Part shown: positions 40,311-48,149 of the stretch, piece by piece | Position numbering within the stretch: the stretch's first letter is position 1 | Layout: every line of letters starts with the position of its first letter | Virus record (IMG/VR): IMGVR_UViG_3300021389_000035 | Span: 1-51,714 of that record | DNA length: 51,714 nt | From: a virus | Reading direction: 5' to 3' (one strand) | Position numbers and translations under genes: made by a program | Notes under the pieces: model-generated | The model's input: the letters and a program-made list of their open reading frames with translations, nothing else | What the model was told of the DNA's origin: nothing | Database searches by the model: none

Positions 40311-40576
40311 ATATAACAGACGAAGAAATACTAGACTTTGTAAGAGAGAATCTAACACTAGATAAAGATGAGAACGGTAGTTACAAACTAAAAGAAATAC
40401 TCTGTCCCGTTTATGGCGATGTTGTTGGCGATGTTAAAGGCACTGTTTTTGGCGATGTTAAAGGCACTGTTTTAGGCGATGTTAAAGGCACTGTTTTAGG
40501 CGATGTTAGAGGTGACGTTAAAGGCAATGTTCGTGGCAAGGTTTTAGGTAGGGTTTATGGTGAGGTACGTAAATAA
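40307..40576 (+). CDS. G-x-V-x tetrapeptide-repeat protein, paralogue 2
   Basis: 89 aa. The N-terminal 35 aa are about 85% identical to paralogue 1, followed by GDVKGTVF/GDVKGTVL x3, GDVRGDVKGNVRGKVLGRVYGEV. ATGA overlap. Confidence 0.65.
   Translation: MNITDEEILDFVRENLTLDKDENGSYKLKEILCPVYGDVVGDVKGTVFGDVKGTVLGDVKGTVLGDVRGDVKGNVRGKVLGRVYGEVRK
40427..40498 (+). repeat. 24-bp tandem repeat x3 (GGCGATGTTAAAGGCACTGTTTTW)
   Basis: Three consecutive copies differing only at the last base, with degenerate copies flanking them. Confidence 0.95.
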
Positions 40577-40743
40577 TGTTTAAATCTTTACATGTTGAAT
40601 CATTTGGTGTACCGGAACATGATAAGTTCATTGATGAATTCAAAAAGGAACTACATCTTCGGATCAATGACGATATCGAACAATCACTTCATGACGAGTT
40701 GGTCAAACTTGGCTGGACTCCTCCTAAGAAAGAGAATGAGTAG
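40576..40743 (+). CDS. 55-aa hypothetical protein
   Basis: Hand-translated MFKSLHVESFGVPEHDKFIDEFKKELHLRINDDIEQSLHDELVKLGWTPPKKENE. TAATG junction upstream, TAGTG junction downstream. Confidence 0.45.
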   Translation: MFKSLHVESFGVPEHDKFIDEFKKELHLRINDDIEQSLHDELVKLGWTPPKKENE

Positions 40744-40967
40744 TGAGATATAGAATCGTTGAGAAAGAGAATTGTTATGGCCAATCCATGTTTTATGTTC
40801 AAGAGAAGGGTTTGTTGTGGGGGTGGAACTATGTTATGGATCTCCATGACATGATAATCACTTTTAGAACTGAAGAGTTTGCTTTGAAAACTATCAAAGA
40901 ATGGAATGGTTACAAATACAATAAGATCGTAAACATTACAGAGGTGTCGAATGAAAGACCGGATTAA
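40743..40967 (+). CDS. hypothetical protein (GTG start)
   Basis: 74-aa ORF filling the gap between neighbours. Confidence 0.45.
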   Translation: MRYRIVEKENCYGQSMFYVQEKGLLWGWNYVMDLHDMIITFRTEEFALKTIKEWNGYKYNKIVNITEVSNERPD

Positions 40968-41136
40968 AGAACTTGCTGTAGAGTCAAGAGATAGTTGGGG
41001 ATACGAAAATTGGGAAAGGTTCGCTGAGTTGATTATTCAGGAATGTGCAGAGGTGGCATCAAGAGCAGATGATGTTAACGAGGATTATCCAGCATGGTAT
41101 TTGATCGAGAAACATTTCGAAGTTAGGAGTAAATAG
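40951..41136 (+). CDS. small helical protein, tandem duplicate 1
   Basis: 61 aa MKDRIKELAVESRDSWGYENWERFAELIIQECAEVASRADDVNEDYPAWYLIEKHFEV. About 90% DNA identity to the next gene outside one variable patch. Confidence 0.6.
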   Translation: MKDRIKELAVESRDSWGYENWERFAELIIQECAEVASRADDVNEDYPAWYLIEKHFEVRSK

Positions 41137-41138
41137 CT

Positions 41139-41330
41139 ATGAAAGACCGGATTAAAGAACTTGCTATAGAGTCAAGAGGTAGTTCGGGATACGGCAAACC
41201 TTTCCCATGGCGAAGGTTCGCCGAGTTGATTATTCAGGAATGTGCAGAGGTGGCATCAGGAGCAGATGATGTTAACGAGGATTATTCCGGATGGTATTTG
41301 ATTGAGAAACATTTCGAAGTGGAAGAGTAA
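41139..41330 (+). CDS. small helical protein, tandem duplicate 2
   Basis: 63 aa MKDRIKELAIESRGSSGYGKPFPWRRFAELIIQECAEVASGADDVNEDYSGWYLIEKHFEV. Confidence 0.6.
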   Translation: MKDRIKELAIESRGSSGYGKPFPWRRFAELIIQECAEVASGADDVNEDYSGWYLIEKHFEVEE

Positions 41331-41711
41331 ATGATAACGTATAGTACAAACTTCATGGGCCCAATCTCAATAGAATGGTATCGTAAACGTGGATTGACAC
41401 ATAAAGTCAGCAAAGTTCTCGAATATGGCAGAAGGTTTTATCCAAAAGGCTTAGGGCCAGGTGATGTGTGGGAATATGATGAGATCACTACACATTATTG
41501 CTGTGGACGTATCGACATTCGTGGTTTAGACGAAGAAGAAAACTACGGTGGGTGGGGCGAGTATGGTGTTGCTCCTATGCGCACCGAAGACTGGAATGCG
41601 CTTAGTGATTGGTTGGATGAGTTGGAAACTTACGAGCTGACTACATACGAAGAACTGATCGATCAATTCGAGCATTACAACGGGAAATCGATAAGATGGG
41701 CAGATGAGTAA
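41331..41711 (+). CDS. conserved-looking hypothetical phage protein
   Basis: 126-aa ORF. STNFMGP...CCGRIDIRG motif is recalled from other phage hypothetical proteins. Confidence 0.55.
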   Translation: MITYSTNFMGPISIEWYRKRGLTHKVSKVLEYGRRFYPKGLGPGDVWEYDEITTHYCCGRIDIRGLDEEENYGGWGEYGVAPMRTEDWNALSDWLDELETYELTTYEELIDQFEHYNGKSIRWADE

Positions 41712-42846
41712 GATACTGTGTATCGACTATGGGTTGTGTAACTTTCACAATCTTATTTCTCTTGTCGAAGATGGTCATAAAGTTTATGTCCTAACATCCG
41801 AAAAATACGAACTGTGCCCCACGACTTTATATAAAGAGTTGGGTATTCATATATTGGACATTGACCGGAAAAGTGTTTTAGATAATTTCATAGAATCCGA
41901 GTCTATAGATTTGATGATATCGACAGATCCTACTATCGACATGATCAATTCATATCAACACAAATTAAAGTATATCGGACTGACTCCACGATCCTCTAGG
42001 TTAGAAACCCATAAATGGATGACCAGATGTGAAGTTAAGAAGTTAGGAATAAAAGTCCCTGAGATACTTCCTCGACCCATTGCTCCCTGTGTCATAAAAC
42101 CAATAGTCACCAAAAAGGGATTTGACCGAGTTAACATATGTCTGACCGAAAAAGATTTTGGAATCTTCGATGATAATACATTCTATGTTGAAGAGTATCT
42201 TACCGATACCATAGAGACTAATGTTGATTATATAATGTCTCAAGGTAAATGGTCTATACTACATGCCCAACAAAAGATCGGAGAAGACCTCGGAAAGATG
42301 TCGAACCAATTGATACACTGGACTTGTACTTCCAGTTTCAAGAGCCTTCCCGTTGAGCTCAACGATATGGTATTGGATAATGCAAAGAAGTATCTGGACT
42401 GGGCATCCGCACAATGCAGTAGATCCTCGTACATTGGACAACTGACCGGTTTCATTAAAGATGGGGAGTGGTACTTCTGTGAGAATAATGTCAGACCTTC
42501 ACAGACCAATAGTGTACCCTATTTCGTATCGGGAGATGAATGGTTGATGGCCATGCATGGTCACCCTGAGATAATAGGTGAATCCTTTCCGGTAGATGTT
42601 AATAAGATGATCGTGATGCCAATGGAACCAGACTCACCATACCCTTTCGATCTACACCTAAAACATAATGTTGCGATACCCTGCGGACTCGATATAGTCG
42701 ATGATGAGTATCGTGTATCTTTGATGATGAGAGGAAAATCTACTGACAATAGGATTGGGTTGTTGATATGTGATGATAATATCCCCCAAGGATTTGTCGA
42801 TGATTTCCGCACCGATGGTAATTTTTCCATTACTACATTCATATAA
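41704..42846 (+). CDS. ATP-grasp fold ligase, distantly PurD-like
   Basis: 380 aa. LETHKWMTRCEVKKLGIKVPE, CVIKP, FYVEEYL..T.E.NVDY, IGQLTGFIKDGEWYFCENNVRPSQTN parallel the ATP-grasp/PurD blocks (E.SK.F.K..IP; VIKA; VIEEFL.G.E.S; G.L..G.M....P.V.E.N.R.GDPE). Confidence 0.55.
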   Translation: MSKILCIDYGLCNFHNLISLVEDGHKVYVLTSEKYELCPTTLYKELGIHILDIDRKSVLDNFIESESIDLMISTDPTIDMINSYQHKLKYIGLTPRSSRLETHKWMTRCEVKKLGIKVPEILPRPIAPCVIKPIVTKKGFDRVNICLTEKDFGIFDDNTFYVEEYLTDTIETNVDYIMSQGKWSILHAQQKIGEDLGKMSNQLIHWTCTSSFKSLPVELNDMVLDNAKKYLDWASAQCSRSSYIGQLTGFIKDGEWYFCENNVRPSQTNSVPYFVSGDEWLMAMHGHPEIIGESFPVDVNKMIVMPMEPDSPYPFDLHLKHNVAIPCGLDIVDDEYRVSLMMRGKSTDNRIGLLICDDNIPQGFVDDFRTDGNFSITTFI

Positions 42847-42884
42847 TGAATGGTGACTATTCGTGAAATGGATGACGATAGTTG

Positions 42885-42913
42885 TTGACTTCTTGTTTTG
42901 GTTATGAGATAAT
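42885..42913 (+). promoter_or_regulatory. early-cassette promoter
   Basis: GTTGTTGACTTCTTGTT with TTGACT 42885-90, 17-nt spacer ending in TGA, GATAAT 42908-13. Leader AAATTGAGTTGAGAGGG. Confidence 0.65.
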
Positions 42914-42945
42914 GGCTGTACAAATTGAGTTGAGAGGGTTTTATT

Positions 42946-43068
42946 ATGCAGATTACATACAAAGGTTATTGCGCTCTGGGTGGCGCATCTAATCCAAGAC
43001 TTTACTCACGAGCTGTGTATTTGGGTAAACACTATATGCACACCTCTTATTACTTGATGGGTTATTAA
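42946..43068 (+). CDS. 40-aa hypothetical early protein
   Basis: Hand-translated MQITYKGYCALGGASNPRLYSRAVYLGKHYMHTSYYLMGY. ATG 9 nt after the cassette GAGAGGG. Confidence 0.45.
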   Translation: MQITYKGYCALGGASNPRLYSRAVYLGKHYMHTSYYLMGY

Positions 43069-43071
43069 ACC

Positions 43072-43692
43072 ATGAGAATTGCTGACTCTACTCTTTATGA
43101 GATGTATCTTGAAAAACATAAGAGAGCACAGAACAAAGGTGCACGTGTTCCTTACCACACGTTCTCTTACAAAACTAGAGATTCTGAACGTCAAAAGACT
43201 TACAATGCAGAACACTTGTTTCAAAGACAAATCGAGAATCCCACGTTCGAGACTCTAGAAGAAGTTCAGGAATTCTCACGTAAAATCTACAAGTCTAAGA
43301 CTTGGATCAAGTTATGGACAAAATCGGTCGAAGAAGACTTTTCTCGTGTCCTCAATTCACAACCAGAAGTAGTACAGATGAACTCCCGTACTAAGAAATT
43401 ATCGGGTTTCACTGATGGTTCTAGTGTAACCCTATGTCCTATCAATGGTTTCAACAAGTACGTTCTACTGCACGAACTTGCTCACACTCTGGGTCATATG
43501 CACCACGGCCGTTCGTTCCGTCAATGTCTCCTGAGTCTGGTCGGTACCTTTATGGGTGCTGATGAGAAGAAGATTCTGAAGAACGAATTTAAAAGAAAAG
43601 GTCTTGCATTCGGAAACGCTAAAAAACCAATGACTTTCGAGAATTGGGTATCACGTAAACAACGTCTGGAAAATATGAGGAAAAAACTATAA
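43072..43692 (+). CDS. HExxH metallohydrolase-like protein (SprT-like)
   Basis: 206 aa. VLLHELAHTLGHMHHGRSF contains HExxH plus downstream His. Confidence 0.55.
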   Translation: MRIADSTLYEMYLEKHKRAQNKGARVPYHTFSYKTRDSERQKTYNAEHLFQRQIENPTFETLEEVQEFSRKIYKSKTWIKLWTKSVEEDFSRVLNSQPEVVQMNSRTKKLSGFTDGSSVTLCPINGFNKYVLLHELAHTLGHMHHGRSFRQCLLSLVGTFMGADEKKILKNEFKRKGLAFGNAKKPMTFENWVSRKQRLENMRKKL

Positions 43693-43877
43693 TGTCAATT
43701 GATTATATGAAAACGGTACCGTTTATTGTTGTAATATTAATAAGTTTCGTAATAGGTTCGGTGTTTGGTTCTACTTCCGTACAGAGTTCTTGGCGACTCG
43801 ATGCAGCTGCAACCGAATGTGCACAGTTTAATCCGTCCAATGGACACTTTGAATGGTTGACAAATGAAGAAAAATAA
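43692..43877 (+). CDS. small single-TM membrane protein
   Basis: 61 aa. TM segment VPFIVVILISFVIGSVFG. TAATG junction. Confidence 0.5.
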   Translation: MSIDYMKTVPFIVVILISFVIGSVFGSTSVQSSWRLDAAATECAQFNPSNGHFEWLTNEEK

Positions 43878-44124
43878 TGTAAAATGGTATAACCAAAACA
43901 GTATAGACTGGTACGTAAAATGGTGTGCTACCATAATCATTCTAGTCTCTGTTGTTTTTCGTAATGCTGGCTTTGAATACCGCATGTTTGATTTGACTTT
44001 CGGTGTAATGGGCACGATACTATGGTTATGGGTAAGTGTGTTATGGAAAGATAGAGCACTCATAATATTGAACGCGGTTATGTTTATGTTACTTGCATCC
44101 GCACTACTAAAGGAAATTAATTAA
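43864..44124 (+). CDS. small three-TM membrane protein
   Basis: 86 aa with three hydrophobic segments (CATIIILVSVVF; FGVMGTILWLWVSVLW; LIILNAVMFMLLASALL). Confidence 0.55.
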   Translation: MKKNNVKWYNQNSIDWYVKWCATIIILVSVVFRNAGFEYRMFDLTFGVMGTILWLWVSVLWKDRALIILNAVMFMLLASALLKEIN

Positions 44125-44840
44125 TGTTTGAACATGTACCGGTCGAATTGACTGAGATGGAAGCAGTGACCACTGATAGTGGTCGTAAATACAAAACCCC
44201 CGAAGGTGTCAACCTTCCCTCTATCACTACAGTCCTTTCGATTCTGTCACGTGACAGTATTGCCAAGTGGCGTAAACGTGTAGGTGAGGCAGAGGCGAAT
44301 CGTGTCTCTTATCGTGCGTCTACTCGTGGTACTGCGGTTCACGAAATCTGTGAACAGTATGTGAACAATGACCCTGATTGGGACAAGTATATGGCAATCG
44401 ACCCCGACAATGGGGAAATGAAGTTGACCAAGCGTACTCCTGACCTCATCCAATCGTTTCTTGATTTGAAACCAATACTGGACGAACGTCTGACTAAGGT
44501 CTTCGCACAAGAAGCCCCACTCTACTCTAATCATTTGGGTGTTGCGGGTCGTGTGGATTGCGTGGGTATCTTTGATGGTAAACCGTCAATCATCGATTAC
44601 AAAACTTCGATGAAACCCAAACGTCTCGATTGGATTAAGAACTACTTCATGCAAGAGGCTGCATATGCCATCATGTGGGAAGAACGTACTGGCCAACCGA
44701 TTACTCAGTTGGTTACTATAATCTCAGTAGACCAAAATGAACCTCAAGTGTTTATTGAACATCGTGACAACTGGGTTCGTCCGTTAATCGACACTATTGC
44801 ACAATATAATGAGGAAAATTCTACTTCCCTTTTTGTATAA
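44124..44840 (+). CDS. PD-(D/E)XK exonuclease (Cas4/RecB-like phage nuclease)
   Basis: 238 aa. GTAVHEICEQY and GRVDCVGIFDGKPSIIDYKTS (D...D-Y-K) match the PD-(D/E)XK pattern of phage exonucleases. Confidence 0.65.
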   Translation: MFEHVPVELTEMEAVTTDSGRKYKTPEGVNLPSITTVLSILSRDSIAKWRKRVGEAEANRVSYRASTRGTAVHEICEQYVNNDPDWDKYMAIDPDNGEMKLTKRTPDLIQSFLDLKPILDERLTKVFAQEAPLYSNHLGVAGRVDCVGIFDGKPSIIDYKTSMKPKRLDWIKNYFMQEAAYAIMWEERTGQPITQLVTIISVDQNEPQVFIEHRDNWVRPLIDTIAQYNEENSTSLFV

Positions 44841-44843
44841 ATA
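44836..44843 (+). promoter_or_regulatory. T4-type late promoter TATAAATA (an extended -10 TGTTATAAT follows at 44845-53)
   Basis: Exact TATAAATA straddling the end of the exonuclease gene and the 43-nt gap (its first 5 nt lie in the last codons and TAA stop of the gene), 41 nt upstream of ATG 44884. Confidence 0.55.
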
Positions 44844-44883
44844 GTGTTATAATTTGTTTATATTCACTTTTTAGGAAATAGGT

Positions 44884-46185
44884 ATGATAGGTTTTGACAC
44901 CTTTTTATCTGAGGCATCATTAACTTTCGGAGAAATTACTCGTGAGGATAGACCTGATCGAGTAGATATTTTTCTTCGCAAGTATAAAGGTAATGAACCA
45001 TTCGAATTGGTCGGTGGTGACCAAGTAGTCTTTAAGTATAATGCGGAGATTGAGAAAGCTGTTAAATCAGGAAACTCTAAACTCGCACAGTCAATTGGAC
45101 TCGAAACCCTAGATGGAACTAAACTCGCATTCGGTAAGTTATCTAAGACTGCCGAATTCGGGGGTGGTCGTGGTTCGGGTGGTGGTGCAGCCAACACTCG
45201 TGCAACTGAATCTGCACAATGTGTTTATCTGCAAGCAATCTGGGATAACCGGACAACTCAATTCGCTGCGGATGATATACGTAACGCATATCCCAAAACG
45301 CACACAGATGCGTCTCTAGAAGAAGTACTTCTGGGTGATGAAGGATGGATCTCCTCTTCCATTACTGCCGCAAAACTTCTACATAAAGCTCTAGGTAAAA
45401 AACAATACAGTTTCCATCGTGGATCTGGTTGGGTTGAGATATTAGAGAAGAAGTTTAAAGAGTTGAATCGCATCGAGAAAGCATTCGGTAATGTCAACAA
45501 ATGGTCTCCTGCGGACATCTACATGGTCGCAAAGGGTGCAGAGAACAAGTATGATATAGAAGGTGCAAAGTCTCTGGAATACCTGAACAACGAATTGATG
45601 AAGGCATACACTGCACGTGACATCATTGGTGTGTCGTTGAAAAAAGTGGTAGGTAACAAGGCCAGACTGTCTCAAGTTAACTATAAGAAACCATTCAAAG
45701 GTGCGAAGTTCACCAAGTCATCTTATGGTAAGAGAGATTTCTTCAAGTCTAAAGATGGTTACTTGTTTGGTGCCGGTGGTCTTGAGATGCAGTTCCGAAC
45801 CTTCCCCACATTCCAGTGTGAGATTATCGGTAAGGCTGCTAAACACGGTAAGGTATCTCATGGTGGTATTGATGCAGCTCTCTATGCCACAAATCGGGAT
45901 AAGACCGATAATCGTAAAGAACTTGAATCATTTATAAAGAAAGATCGGGATTCATTCCTAGATAAGTTCTATGGGTTCTATGATGGTGCAGTAAATAGTC
46001 CGGTAGACAAAGAAACCTTTAAAAAGAATCTGGAAGGTGTGACAACCGAATGGTTAGTCTCCAAGTACTATGTAACTTCTATTTTCGTAATGATAAAAGG
46101 TAGAGAACAACAATTCATGGATTATTTATTCCGTGTAGCAAAATCACAAAGTCCGTTATCTGCGGTTCACTTAAAGGTAAAATAA
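44884..46185 (+). CDS. hypothetical protein with Gly-rich loop and possible PD-(D/E)xK-like motif
   Basis: 433 aa. AEFGGGRGSGGGAANTRATESAQ. SPADIYMV ... IIGVSLKK is reminiscent of D...(S/E)xK nuclease cores. Weak support. Confidence 0.5.
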   Translation: MIGFDTFLSEASLTFGEITREDRPDRVDIFLRKYKGNEPFELVGGDQVVFKYNAEIEKAVKSGNSKLAQSIGLETLDGTKLAFGKLSKTAEFGGGRGSGGGAANTRATESAQCVYLQAIWDNRTTQFAADDIRNAYPKTHTDASLEEVLLGDEGWISSSITAAKLLHKALGKKQYSFHRGSGWVEILEKKFKELNRIEKAFGNVNKWSPADIYMVAKGAENKYDIEGAKSLEYLNNELMKAYTARDIIGVSLKKVVGNKARLSQVNYKKPFKGAKFTKSSYGKRDFFKSKDGYLFGAGGLEMQFRTFPTFQCEIIGKAAKHGKVSHGGIDAALYATNRDKTDNRKELESFIKKDRDSFLDKFYGFYDGAVNSPVDKETFKKNLEGVTTEWLVSKYYVTSIFVMIKGREQQFMDYLFRVAKSQSPLSAVHLKVK

Positions 46186-46186
46186 A

Positions 46187-46906
46187 ATGGCAATATCACG
46201 ATATATGGAGGGAGACAACGGCATCAATATTGCTCGTGGTCTTGTTCTCGATACAACATACGAACATAAATTTGGTGCGGTACTTTCAATGTCAGTCTCT
46301 GAGACCGGAACTGTTTGGGATGTCGATGATGCCCTATACCCTTGGTCTGCATTTGATACTGCCGGAGTTTTGACTATCCCCGCAGTGAATGTTTCGGACA
46401 ATGGTGGAACGGTAACTGTGACTGGTTTAGATGCGAACTACGATGTGATAAGTGAAGAGTTCGTAGTATCCAGTTCAGGAACAACCACCGGCACCAAAAC
46501 ATTCAAACGTGTGGTTCGTGCATTCTTTACTGATGGTACATCTAACGTTGGTGATATAACTATTCAACGTGGTGGTACGACTATCGCATTGATCAGAGCA
46601 GGTCAGGCACAAACACTCATGGCGATATTTACTGTCCCTGAAGGACACACTGCATATATGTCTAAAATCAGTATGAGTATCGAGGCCGGTGGTGATGCGA
46701 GTGGTAACATGTATTCTAGAATTCCTGCCCAAACATCATTTCGTATTAAACATACCTTCGAGATCGGAGATGGTGGTCATTACCTATATGACTTCACGGT
46801 TCCATTGAAATTCGATGCAAGGACAGATATTGATGTTAGATGTAGTATGCGAACTAACAATTCTCGTGCTTCTGCTGCGTTCGACATGATTCTAATTAAG
46901 GATTAA
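46187..46906 (+). CDS. hypothetical beta-rich protein (possible jelly-roll / structural)
   Basis: 239-aa ORF starting 1 nt after the previous stop. Alternating beta pattern, ..FTVPEGHTAYMSKI... No catalytic motif seen. Confidence 0.5.
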   Translation: MAISRYMEGDNGINIARGLVLDTTYEHKFGAVLSMSVSETGTVWDVDDALYPWSAFDTAGVLTIPAVNVSDNGGTVTVTGLDANYDVISEEFVVSSSGTTTGTKTFKRVVRAFFTDGTSNVGDITIQRGGTTIALIRAGQAQTLMAIFTVPEGHTAYMSKISMSIEAGGDASGNMYSRIPAQTSFRIKHTFEIGDGGHYLYDFTVPLKFDARTDIDVRCSMRTNNSRASAAFDMILIKD

Positions 46907-46907
46907 T

Positions 46908-48125
46908 ATGAAATTTGTAGATTTTATAACCGAATCCAAGAACACCCATATGACGCATATCGAAGATAAAGTCATCTATGGTGGTGTTAATGGTACACGT
47001 CAAGCAATATTTGCATTACGTGAATTGCGTGATATGCTTGCGGGTAAAGGTACTGCGGGACTGTCCACTAAGTGGGATGGTGCACCTGCTATCTTCTGCG
47101 GTCAAGATCCTACGGATGGTAAGTTCTTTGTGGCGAAGAAAGGTATCTTCAACAAGAACCCCAAGGTCTACAAAACCGATGCAGATGTTGAAGCAGATAC
47201 TTCTGGTGACCTCGCAGAGAAACTCAAAGATGCATTGAAGTATCTACCTGAACTTGGTATCAAAGGAGTCATCCAAGGGGACTTCCTATTTGGTCGAGGT
47301 GATCTGGGTAAGAAGAAAATTGATGGTGTGCAGTATACTACATTCCATCCCAATACTATCGTATATGCAATACCATTCGAACAGTCGAAGGAAGTACGTG
47401 CTGCAAAAATCGGTATAGTGTGGCACACTACATATAAGGGTAAAACATTTGAAACGATGACTGCATCCTTCGGAGTAGATGTTTCCAAACTTAAAAAATC
47501 TAAAAACGTATGGTCACAAGATGCAATGTTGCGATCTGTAGATGCAACAATGACCGAAAAAGAAACGGAGCAAGTAAATGAATATCTTTCAAAAGCTGGT
47601 AAACTTTTTAACCAGATCAGCGGAACAACCCTCAGAACCCTTGAAGGAAACCCCGTCCTCGCCGGAACAATCGAAACCTTCAACAACACCTACGTCCGAA
47701 AAGGTCAAACGCCCGGCGACTCGAAAAAGCACGCCCAAGCCCTCATCAAGTACATCCAAGACAAGTACCAAAAAGAAATCGACAAACGCAAAACCGAGAA
47801 AGGCAAGAGCGCCCAAGTCGAAAAGCGAGACGAAATCTTAAAGTTTTTCTCTCCGAAGAATCTAGAATCTCTAGAAAAGATGTTCGATTTGCAGAAAATG
47901 ATTGTACTTGCGAAACTAAAACTTATAAATAAACTTAATAGTTTAAAGAAAATTGACACATTCGTTCAAACCAAAACGGGTTACAAAGTAACTGGTGAAG
48001 AAGGTTATGTAGCAATTGACAAACTTGGTGGTGACGCAGTGAAACTTGTTGATCGTATGGAATTTTCATACAACAACTTTTCACCCGATATATTAAAGGG
48101 CTGGGACAAACCTAGTCGTAATTAA
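46908..48125 (+). CDS. covalent nucleotidyltransferase (ligase/capping-enzyme superfamily)-like protein, tentative
   Basis: 405 aa. LSTKWDGAPAIF (motif I KxDG), TGEEGYVAI (motif IV EG), AVKLVDR (motif V-like). Contains a T-depleted codon patch at about 47612-47838. Confidence 0.45.
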   Translation: MKFVDFITESKNTHMTHIEDKVIYGGVNGTRQAIFALRELRDMLAGKGTAGLSTKWDGAPAIFCGQDPTDGKFFVAKKGIFNKNPKVYKTDADVEADTSGDLAEKLKDALKYLPELGIKGVIQGDFLFGRGDLGKKKIDGVQYTTFHPNTIVYAIPFEQSKEVRAAKIGIVWHTTYKGKTFETMTASFGVDVSKLKKSKNVWSQDAMLRSVDATMTEKETEQVNEYLSKAGKLFNQISGTTLRTLEGNPVLAGTIETFNNTYVRKGQTPGDSKKHAQALIKYIQDKYQKEIDKRKTEKGKSAQVEKRDEILKFFSPKNLESLEKMFDLQKMIVLAKLKLINKLNSLKKIDTFVQTKTGYKVTGEEGYVAIDKLGGDAVKLVDRMEFSYNNFSPDILKGWDKPSRN

Positions 48126-48149
48126 TGGGATAAACCAGAGGAAAACAAA

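Noticed and set aside
32948-42937. Repeated 50-56-bp elements considered as a possible CRISPR-like array.
   Set aside because: Spacing is irregular (270 bp to several kb). Each copy has -35/-10/RBS features and is followed by an ORF. No cas genes are present. They are interpreted as promoter-leader cassettes.
43857-43891. TTGACA-17-TAAAAT promoter-like site.
   Set aside because: Transcription would start downstream of the ATG (43864) of the gene it would have to serve, and the site lies inside coding sequence. Other internal TTGACN hits (for example 4424, 22786, 25916, 29174) were rejected for poor -10 or spacing, or for lack of a downstream start.
47578-47841. 87-aa PSTK-rich + ORF and minus ORF 47589-47816, considered as independent genes.
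   Set aside because: Not annotated as CDS. The T-depletion of the patch by itself opens all frames. The + ORF is kept only as a testable alternative in the findings.
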